A stretch of 64,000 nt of DNA from Mobula hypostoma (taxonomy: Eukaryota), in the NCBI RefSeq assembly GCF_963921235.1, contig NC_086112.1, positions 39,928,001 to 39,992,000 on the forward strand, given 5' to 3'. The position numbers and the translations under genes were made by a program. This document shows positions 53,963 through 64,000 of this stretch, piece by piece. The notes under the pieces are model-generated. The model was not told where the DNA came from. It was given only the letters and a program-made list of their open reading frames with translations, and did not search any database. How positions within the stretch are numbered: position 1 is the stretch's first letter; every line of letters starts with the position of its first letter.

Positions 53963-55079
53963 TTTTCAAAGTTTGAATATACTTACTATATCATGGAGTC
54001 ATGCCAGCCTTTAAAAATGTGTTCTTTTTTTCTAACTTGCATCAACTCTTCAGCTGCTGATATCCTATTACATTCAGATTGTAACGGTATTACATTCAGA
54101 TTGAACTTTTCTAATGCTTTTTTTAACTGACCTTTCTCCTGCAGTCTTCACAAATTTAATCCAATTTTAACTATTCTATCTGAATTCTAATATGTGCAAA
54201 TCCCATTAAACTTTATACTCAGTCATCTCTGCTGGCTCACAGTTCAACAACAACTTGCTTTTTAAAATTCACTTCCTTTTGTTCTAGTTTGTTAATAACC
54301 CCACTCTTCCTCAATCTCTGAAATATCATCAGTTCTTCACGGCTGTAATCTTTCTAATTCTCTAACAAGCCCTCCTTCCATTCCAACATTTGTGGGTGAG
54401 CATCTGTCAACCAGATTCTTAGCTCCAGAACTCCATAGATACGGCTATACTTAAGGCATCATGTGAACTAATGTGTGTCTTGCTGCCAATTGTTGGACTG
54501 GTAATGTTTCTAAAATGTTGGGAAGGAGGTCCACTATGTTGAAGGCAAAAATGGAAGCTGTAATTGAGATTAACCCATGCGGCATCTTCTGTGAAGTTTA
54601 GGAAAATGTGCTGAAATAAGCAAAATACTTAGTTTAGAAGTATTTGCAGGACAATTATAAGAAAAAATTATTTTACTTTGTATTATTTTTTTTAATCTTT
54701 GCCATAGCACACGGAGAAGAGAAGGTTTCAATGCTGGCTGTTGGTGAGTTGAGAAATGTTAATGTAAAAAAATAATAACAGACCATGATCTTTTCAAAAT
54801 TGGATACTTACACCGTCAAACTCAGAGCAAGAAAAGCTACTATAAGAACCGTTTCTTTCAATTCCTCTGCTTTGTTGTTATGTCTGTCCATTTCTGGCCA
54901 TTTTTACTCTTGTTTTCTTTTTCATGCTTTTTATTCTATCAAGAAATATGAAGAATTATTATTCGTACATTTTCAGAAATATTAAAGGAATAATTATAGA
55001 TGATAATTTCCCAACAATAGTTATATCTTTGCTGGGTAACTTTGTTGGAATTGCATCAGGCAGAATGTTAACAGTAAAC

Positions 55080-55213
55080 CATAAAGAGATTTCTGCAGAT
55101 GCCGAAAATCTAGCGTAACACACACAAAATGCTGGTTGAACTCAGCAGGTTGGACAGCATCTATGGAGAGGAATAAAGAGCCGACATTTTGGGCTGAGAC
55201 CCTTCATCGGGAA
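55080..55213 (-). mobile_element. Penelope-like terminal repeat fragment
   Basis: Same family as 28934-29070; degenerate hammerhead core. Similar fragments at ~1410-1540, 2700-2885, 3186-3315, 23100-23180 and 43935-44015. Confidence 0.75.
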
Positions 55214-56160
55214 CAATAATAGCAGTGGAGTGTGTGCAGAGTCTGGTAAATTGCTCAGCTATCTCATATGTGAAGGGTTATATGTATTTGTGAATGAAAA
55301 ACAAAGAAGTGTAGAGAGTTTTGCATGTGTATATCATAGGAAAACATGAGTGAAATGGAACTAATTGAATGCTTTTGATTCGTTTTGCTTTCCTTCATTA
55401 CTTAAATGAATCTCCTGATTGTGGCATTTAATTTCTGAATCTCATTCTTCAATGGCTCTTCTGTCCGTAATGAATTTCTAGATTCTGTCATTGTAACAGG
55501 TGCTCCCTTTCTATCACATCCCATCTTTTCGCAAGCAAAGTATTAATAATGATTGATAATGGCCCATGATCAACAAAAAACAGGTTGTAGGGATAGCACC
55601 AGAACACACAAGCTCTAACAGTGGTTGGAAAACAGGACGTGTTTAGCTTTGCGAAGGAACAGAGCATTCATGAGAGTTTGGATTGAAGAAAATGGAAATT
55701 GGGCATTCCTCTGTAGAATTGGGTGTTGGTAGTTTTTGCAGACAGTATGATAAAGAAATTTCAGAAAAAAACTTTGGTGTACTCTTGACCTGGACAAAAA
55801 TGATGTGTTGAATTCTGAGGGAATCTTGCACTGCTATGAGACAGCTATATTTAAGCCTAGAGCAAGGGAGAGCTAGGATCTGAGCAGGGTGTTTTGGGAT
55901 TAGGAAGAGATTTTGTTCTGAGCCTCATGTGTCACTTAAATTCTTGAAGAATATCAGTGGATTTCAGGGTGTTGTAAGTTCTACCCAGAGAGTTTAAACT
56001 AGGTGCATTATCTCAAGGCCATTTAGGACAGATGTTAAGTGAGTTAATACTCTTTAAAATCCCCTTCCCTAGAAGGTTGTGGATGTAAATCAGTGACTAT
56101 TTTCAAGATTGAGACTGGTGTGTTTTAGAATGAAATAGAGAGATGAGGAAATTGAGCATA

Positions 56161-57750
56161 CAGTGTATTCATTCCCTCCCCCCTTGGATATTTTCATCTT
56201 TTATTGGTTTCACAGTGGATTCAATTTGGCTTTTTTGACACTGATCAACAGGAAAAAGACTGTAGTGTCAAAGTGAAAACATCTGTACAAAGTGATCTAA
56301 GTTAATTACAACTGTAAAACACAAAATAATTGATTGCGTAAGTATTCACCTCCTTCAAATCTGTATTTAGTAGATACACCTTTGGCAGCAATAACAGACT
56401 TAATTCTGTGTGGATTCTGCTTTGCACATCTGGACACTGCAATTTTTCCCCATTCTTCTTTACAAAACTGCTGAAGCTCTGTCAGATTTCATGGGGATCA
56501 TGAGAGAACAGTCCTCTTCAAGTCCAGCCACAAATTCTCAATTGGATTGAAGTCTAGACTCTGACTTGACCACCCCAGGACATTAACTTTGTTTCTAAGC
56601 CATTCCTGTGTAGCTTTGGCTATATGCTTGGGGTCATTGTCTTGCTAGAAAACAATTCATTTCCCAAGTCGCAGTTCTCTTGCAGAGTGCACCAGGTTTT
56701 CCTCTAGGATTTCCCTGTATTTTACTGCATTTGTTTTACCCTCTACCTTCACAAGCCTTCCAGGACCTGTTGCAGTGAAGCATCCCCACAGCATGATGCA
56801 GCCACCACAATGCTTCATGGTAGAGATGGTTTGTTTTTGATGATGTGCGGTGTTGGGCTTATGCCAAAGATAGCATTTAGTCTGATGGCCAAAAAGCTCA
56901 ATTTTGGTTTCATCAGGTCATAGAACATTCTTCTCGTAGACTTCAGAGTTGTCCACATGCCTTTGGATAAACTCCATTCAAGACTTCGTGAGCTTTTTGC
57001 AACAGCAGCTTTCTTTTTGCCACTCTGTCATAAAGCTGTTGACTGGTGAAGTAACCGGGCAGCAGTTGTTGTATGCACAGTCTCTCCCATCTCAGCCACT
57101 GAATCTTGTAACTCATCTTGGTGGCCTCTCTCACTAGTTCCCTTCTTGCATGGTCACTCAGTTTTTGAGGACAGCCTGCTCAAGGCAGAGTTATAGCTGT
57201 GCCATATTATTTTCATTTCTTGACTGATTTAACTGTACCCCAAGGGATATTCAGTGACTTGGAAATTTTCTTGTCTCCATCTCCTGACTTGTGCTTTTCA
57301 ATAACTTTTTTGTGGAGTTGGTTGGAGTATTCTTTTGTCTTCATGGTGTAGTTTTTGCCAGAATACTGACTCACCAGCAGTTGGACCTTCCAGATACAGG
57401 TGTATTTTTACTACAATCAGTTAAAACATCTTGACTGCACACAGGTCTCAAAAAACAGATCTCCATTTAACTAATTATGTGATTTTGAAAACTAATTGGC
57501 TGCACCAGTGATGATTTGGTGTATCATATTAAAGGGGATGAATACTTAAGCAATCAATTAATTTCTGTTTTATTTTTGTAATTAATTTAGATCACTTTGT
57601 AGTAAAGTGATCTGTTTTCATTTTGACACGAGTCTTTTTCAGTTGATCAGTGTCAAAAAAGCCAAATTAAATCCACAGTAATTAAATGTTGTAAAATAAT
57701 AAAACTTGAAAACTTCCAAGGGGGGCTGAATACTTTTGTTATAGGCACTG
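56161..57750 (-). mobile_element. Full-length degenerate Tc1-family IR/DR transposon, Passport-like
   Basis: TA|CAGTG...CACTG|TA; ~200-bp inverted repeats; 1590 bp long. Confidence 0.93.
56360..57344 (-). pseudogene. Tc1 DD34E-type transposase pseudogene
   Basis: MKTKEYSNQLHKKVIEKHKSG...; DETKIELFG; SIMLWGCF; QDNDPKH; LQSN*EFV in place of the usual LNPIENLW owing to a frameshift; ...GVSTKY. Contains stops and frameshifts. Confidence 0.9.
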
Positions 57751-59537
57751 TAAATGCTGCCAGTGGAAGATGCTTGAAGGACTGTACAATTTCCACCTAT
57801 GCTTGTTCCTTATGTTACATCAAATACTTTGCAGTTCATATGTAAATCTTGGATTATGTTAGAGTTCAAAGTGGCATTGTGTGGACTGAAATACAGATAT
57901 GGTTAACTTGGCAGTATGCCTTCAACAAATGGACAAATGATGAGCAGCTATGGAGCTGAATCCATGACCTTTGGACTGGAGGTCAGAAAGCACTGTATGC
58001 ACTAATAGTCATTTCTCAGCACATGAACAGAAACTTGATACTGTAGGGGAGAATCTTTATGATTAATAAAAAGGAATCACAAGTTGTTTGTCTTTGGCAT
58101 GATACTGGATGGATTTCCATTGGGCTTGACAGCTTTATAGTTACATTTGACTATTATTTTGGTTTATTAATTGACTATTAATCTGGGTGTGTGTTATTCT
58201 TAAGTGAGGCAGTCTATTTTTATGGGCATATATATGAATTGTTTTGTAGCTTCTGCGGATTTTTTTGGTGACGATATTAGAATGTTGCTCTCTTTGGGAG
58301 TTCAGGAATGATGATGAATCAATACTATCTCTGCCTCATGATCTCTGAAAATGATCTTTTCTCAGTTGAGGGAATAAACTAGCTTTGGAGAATGAAAATA
58401 TAGAAAGATATTGTCACCCCCTGCTGTGCCTGCTTTTTCTTTTCTAGCATGTGCTTTTGGTTTTGTTTTCAACCCGTCCCATGACTCTAAATTCCCTAAT
58501 GTGGATATAAATTGCAAAGTTATTGACAGGTATAGACTAATAATACAAGCTCTGACAGTTTGAGAATTCAAATTCATTTTTGCTTTAAATCTGGAAATAA
58601 GATGGCATCAGCTGAGAAAATAGATTATAAGATAGAAGATTGATACAGGAAAAACCCATCTGGTTGATTGAGATACTTAGAAGAGATCACTTGCCATTTT
58701 TGTCTATTCTGTTCTCTGTGTGACTTCAGTGCCACATAAATATGATTTGTAATTTTAAGTGTTCTCCGGTGGCTTGGTAATCCACTCAGTCACATTAAGT
58801 TGTATATCCATCCTCTCAGGGCAACTGGAGATGGGCAATAAATGACAAACTGGCCACATCCTAAAATGTGGGATGGCTGCAGAATTGATTGCTTAAAAAT
58901 TAGATCACATCATGCCACATCATATTTTTCTGCAGAAAGTGACCTCATTTTGAAAGCCAAACCCGAATGAAAGTCACATTGTGGAATATCATATCTGTAA
59001 GCATGATTCTCGGCTGTCCTGTCTGCCTCCTATTGTAATGTGGCATCAGTTATATATAATAAACATTCAGCTATCTCTTCGAAGATTTTTGTTTTGTTTT
59101 GGAGTTTCCAGGCCATTCCTAGAGAATCTAGGTTTTCTATCATGAGTAGAAATGAAGGGTCTCAACCCAAAACGTCGACTTCCTATTCCCCTCCACAAAT
59201 GTTGTCGGAGGCACAAAGTTCTCCTCCTTCACTTTCTTGTGCTTTCTATTATAAGGCCTGCTCTTGCATTGCAAAAGATAAATTTTTCCAGTTCAGTCTT
59301 GGTTCAGCAACGTGGAGTTTCCTTTAAGGCTTTTTAAGTGTCTGCTCTCTTGATCTTCCCCCTCGCCCTCCCCTCTTGATCCCTTTCTGTTCCACCTATT
59401 AATGTAGTCACAATCTTTAACACTGGGCTTATCTCCCCGCCTTCAGTTTTGACAGACAAGATTCCACAATGAAGGGAGTCATTGTCATGTTGTACAGCTG
59501 GTGTTAGATATGCCTGTATAACTGCCAATGAATTTCT

Positions 59538-59935
59538 AGACAACACACACAAAATGCTGCAGGAGCTCAGCAGATCAGATAGCATCTGTGGAAGTGAATC
59601 ACCATTTGAGGTTTTGGGCTGAGATGTTTCATTAGGGATGGAAAGGGAGGGGAAATACACTAGAATAAAAGGGTGGGGGAGTGGAAGAGGGTCAAGCGAG
59701 AAGGTGATAGGTGATGCCAAGTGGATAGAAAGGCAAGGGGCTAGAGAAGAAGGAATCTAATAGGAGAGAAGACTGGACCATGGGAGAAAAAGAAGGAAGG
59801 GTACCAAAGGGAGGTGATAGGCACCTCCAGGTGTTTATTGGTTTCCACAGATGCTGCCTGACCTGCTGAGTTTCTCCAACATTTTGTGTGTGTTGCTCTG
59901 GGTTATCAGCATCTGCAGAATCTCTTGTGTTTGTG
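59538..59935. mobile_element. Penelope-like inverted terminal-repeat element
   Basis: caacacacacaaaatgctg arm paired with cattttgtgtgtgttg arm around a purine-rich core; another fragment at ~59145-59240. Confidence 0.75.
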
Positions 59936-60882
59936 AATTTGTAGACAAACTGAAAAGAGCTCAAGTCAGAAAATACCTTCATTGGTATTTTTCATTTTAG
60001 CTAAGGGCCATGAATAGAAAGCTGGGATGGATGAAGCTATACTTACATCAAGTAACTAGAAGAATTTGGGTTCTAAAAGTACTTGCTTAATAGACTTGAA
60101 TAGAAAGAAAGTTATAATAAATGTTCGAGACTTTCATTCACAGCTGGAGTATATTGTCTAAGTTTAGTAACTGTATTACATCAAGTCAATGTCAAATTAT
60201 TTATTTTCTGCAAATATTCAGTCAATGATCATCAAGGTAACATATGTGCAGATTTTCTTAACTTTTGTGATGTCCTGATTTGCAAGCGTATGTCAGTTAT
60301 ACTCAGACCTTCCATTCTGGTTAATTTCATGTTTTGTGGTACCGCTTGCCCAATGTTCTGCCCACCAGTGGTTGTGTCTGAGAACTTCTAGCCACTATGA
60401 GTTACTGTCAGCTAGCTAGAAGCAAATGGTCCAATTCCAGATTAAAGAAGTCACCACTTAAGGGACAAACTGTGAACCGCCCCTAGCATATCCTTGAGTG
60501 TGTTAGTTGAAGCAATATATTTCATTAGATGTTTCCATGTACATGTGATAAATAAGTCTGAATTTTGAACTTTGAAATGGAGTAACTGCACATTTGGACC
60601 AGAGCTGTAAGCATCTGTGAACAGCAGTCCTCATGCACTGAGCAGGACTTCATAAGCTCCTTAGTATCTTGGTCAATTCCCAAGTCAAGCAAGTCACTGC
60701 CAGTCCCTGTAACTACAGCCATGGTATGAAGAATTCCGCATGGGCATCCTTGTGTATGCACATGCGGGATACTTTAGAATTCGTCACTTTATGACCCCCA
60801 TTTCAAGCACCCAACCCCAAACATCAGCTCATGATATCTTTTCTAGAACATATGAAAGTTTCAATATCCCTGTCTGCTGCAT

Positions 60883-62450
60883 TCAAGTCAAGTCACTTTT
60901 TATTGTCATTTCGACCATAACTGCTGGTACAGAGTTCACAGTAAAAACAAGATGTTTTTCAAGACCATAGTGCTACATGAACAATACAAAAAAACTACAC
61001 TGAACTACGTAAAACAACACAAACCTACACTAGATTACAGACCTACCCAGGACTGCATAAAGTGCGCAGAACAGTGCAGGCATTGCAATAAATAATAAAC
61101 AAGACAATAGGCACGGTAGAAGGCAGTAGGTTGGTGTCAGTCCAGGCTCTGGGTACTGAGGAGTCTGATGGCTTAGGGGAAGAAACTGTTACATAGTCTG
61201 GTCGTGAGAGCCTGAATGCTTCAGTGCCTTTTTCCAGATGGCAGGAGGGAGGAGAGTTTGTATGATGGGTGCGTGGGGACCTTCATAATGCTGTTTGCTT
61301 TACGGATGCAGCGCGTGCTGTAAATGTGTAATGGCGGGAAGAGAGACCCCGATGATCTTCTCAGCTGACTTCACTATCCGCTGCAGGGTCTTGCGATCCG
61401 AGATGGTGCAATTTCCGAACCAGGCAGTGATGCAGCTGCTCAGGATGCTCTCAATACAACCTCTGTAGAATGTAGTGAACATGGTGGGTGGGAGATGGAC
61501 TTTTCTCAGCCTTCGCAGAAAGTAGAGACGCTGCTGGGCTTTCTTTGCTATGGAGCTGGTGTTGAGGGACCAGGTGAGATTCTCCGCCAGGTGAACACCA
61601 AGAAATTTAGTGCTCTTAACGATCTCTACGGAGGAGTCGTTGATGTTCAGTGGAGAGTGGTCGTTCCGTACCTCCTGAAGTCAACAACCATCTCTGTTCA
61701 CGTTCAGAGACAGGTTGTTGGCTCTGCACCAGTCTGTTAGCCGCTGCACCTCCTCTCTGTATGCTGACTCATCGTTCTTACTGATGAGACCCACTATAGT
61801 CGTGTCATCGGCGAACTTGATGATGTGGTTCGAGCTGTGTGTTACAGCACAGTCGTGGGTCAGCAGAGTGAACAGCAGTGGACTGAGCACACAGCCCTGG
61901 GGGGCCCTGTGATCAATGTGATGGTGTTGGAGATGCTGCTTCCAATCCAGACTGACTGAGGTCTCCCAGTCAGGAAGTCTAGGATCCAGTTGCAGAGGGA
62001 GGTGTTCAGGCCCAGTAGGCTCAGCTTTCCAATCAGTTTTTGAGGAATGATTGTGTTGAATGCTGAACTTAAGTCTATGAACAGCATTCGAACGTACGTG
62101 TCTTTTTTTATCCAGGTGGGTTAGGGCCAGGTGGAGGGTGATGGCAATGGTGTTGTCTGTTGAGCGGTTGGGATGTTACACGAACTGCAGGGGGTCCAGT
62201 GAGAGGGGCAGCAGGGTCTTGATGTGCCTCATGACGAGCCTCTTGAAACACTTCATGATGATGGATGCGAGTGCAACAGGATGGTAGTTGTTGAGGCAGG
62301 ACACCGAAGACTTCTTCAGCACGGGGATGATGGTGGCGGCCTTGAAGCATGTAGGAATGACGGCGCTGCTCAGGGAGATTCCACTCCTGTCTCAGGGCAA
62401 CAGCTGCCACAAGTGGTCTGGAACTCACGTAGGCTGAGGATGGAAAATCA
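60883..62450 (-). mobile_element. Rex1/Babar LINE RT and 3' end
   Basis: [53 protein letters not shown] motifs; (cttga)n tail. Confidence 0.92.
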
Positions 62451-64000
62451 TCTCACGTGGCTTGCAGATGAACATATTCCACTTCAAATTAGCTGTTGCC
62501 TTGCATCCAATTTGGCTCAAACATCACCATCAGCAGTTTATGGTCCTTACCAGAGTACAAAGCCTGTCAGCTATAAACTTTTGAAATCAAAGTGATAGCT
62601 AGAGTTTCTTTTTCAGTTTGTGTTTTTTTTTTCTCTTTTCTCGCTGAGAGGAGTATATGCAATTATCACTACATGTCCCACTTTGGTAACATAGATGATA
62701 ACCAACTTTCCCCATAGCTAGAAGCATCACGCATTGCCATTAACATGGTAAGTTGTAATGAGCCAAGAAAGATTAACTACTAAGCTTTGCATTGCATGAC
62801 TTGAGTCCATCATTACCCCTTGCCCTAGAGCCAGAGTCCCCCTTTGCGTAAGGTCTTGTAAAAAACACGCTTTTGAGTAACGCTTGAAGCATTCCCTGGA
62901 AATAGTGGTACTGAATAGCATTAGTTAGCTCGCCATCATTCTAACTGCTGCAGCTTTCTGCTTGATGGGTCTCTTCCTATACTGATCAATTTTAAAAGCA
63001 TAATAATTGACCTGGCTGCAAAACTGCAGACTTGATCTGTTTTAACCATACAGTGTGGTTGCCACTATTGACCCAACAAGCAGAATCCTCTCGTCTTCTA
63101 GTGCTCTTGCTTAGTCTCTGACCTCAAGGAGATCCGACAATGGGATGCTGTTGTTGTCTTGTACACTGATGTAGCGTTTTGTGAATAAAACATGCAAGAG
63201 TCATTTTATGTGCTTCATAAAAGCCACAGCTGTACTTCCATTATGAACAAACCAAATGCAGTCATCTTACGCTGATGTCATTGCATCAGATACTATCTCT
63301 TAAAGTGAACATAACAACTTAATGACGATGTTTGTGAATTGTGTAGAGCAGTTTCTATTATGAACAATATGTGGCATTTTCCACCCATTGCATTAACCTG
63401 TAGAGCCACCCCCACCCGTCCCCCCACAGAATTCCTTGAAGCTCATACGAACCGCCTGGCTTGGGTGCTATGTGCCTTGGTTGGAGTAACAGCAGGTGCC
63501 TCTGGCTCATCAGGGGGCGTGCTGATAAGCACGTGGTCATATCGTGATGCAGGGAATATGGTAGTGGAACCATCCAGGTCTTGCTGGAGCAGTTTAAGGC
63601 GATCTACAAAAAAAATTCAGGTTTAACCTTCCTATCTACAATAAAAGTCGTTTCACCCCATTCCGAAATGCAGAACAGGCCATTTTAAAGGAGCTTAAGG
63701 GGGTGTTGATGTGCATCAAGGCAGACAAAAATGAACGAGGTAGAACCTAGGTCAACAGAAACCCCAGAGTGCTGTACACCACGATGGGAGGTGTAAACAA
63801 ATTGATTTTATTGAGGAGGGCAGAATGCCGCTGAGACACTGACCAGGCAGTCATGGTGTCAGGAATAAGGTCACCCAACACCCGTAGTGGCTGCCTGTAC
63901 ACTAACTCAGCTGCAGGGGACTGCAGGTCCTGTTTTGGAGCTGTTTTGAGCCCTGGCAAGACCCAAGGGAGACGATTGTGTCAACTCTCATCCATCAGGG

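Noticed and set aside
54066-54103. 16-bp direct repeat tattacattcagattg x2
   Set aside because: A single local duplication with no further structure.
1410-59935. Recurrent gctggaggaactcagcagg repeats as a CRISPR-like array
   Set aside because: Dispersed, in both orientations, no regular spacing, eukaryotic context, and linked to PLE coding remnants.
1-64000. Other TLE4 exons (upstream YYEMSYGLNIEMHKQ, downstream QQLQAQHLSH)
   Set aside because: Not found by eye; presumably outside the window, although a short diverged exon could have been missed.

Overview
This is AT-rich eukaryotic (vertebrate) genomic DNA, not prokaryotic. The repeat landscape (V-SINE/HE1-type SINEs, CR1, Rex1/Babar, abundant Penelope-like elements) suggests a cartilaginous fish, probably a ray; that assignment is inference. 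The window lies inside a + strand Groucho/TLE gene: two phase-0 Q-domain exons (38217-38279, 39716-39790) match TLE4 as I recall it, flanked by long introns. Most other recognisable sequence is decayed transposon material: a near full-length Gypsy LTR element, a solo LTR, CR1, L1/Tx1, Rex1 and Penelope fragments, a full-length Passport-like Tc1, and mariner/Tigger/hAT MITEs. Most ORF-track entries are spurious or TE fragments. The most interesting signals are: (1) a chimeric retrocopy of pre-rRNA (putative ITS2 plus the 28S 5' end) fused to a retroelement tail and nested in a MITE; (2) Penelope terminal repeats carrying a minimal hammerhead ribozyme consensus, often as inverted pairs; (3) an in-frame alternative donor and a possible Q-domain-only read-through at the second TLE4 exon; (4) a four-layer nested transposon. 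I cannot establish a wholly new biological system from sequence alone. All family names come from recalled knowledge, not database searches, and boundaries of decayed repeats are approximate.
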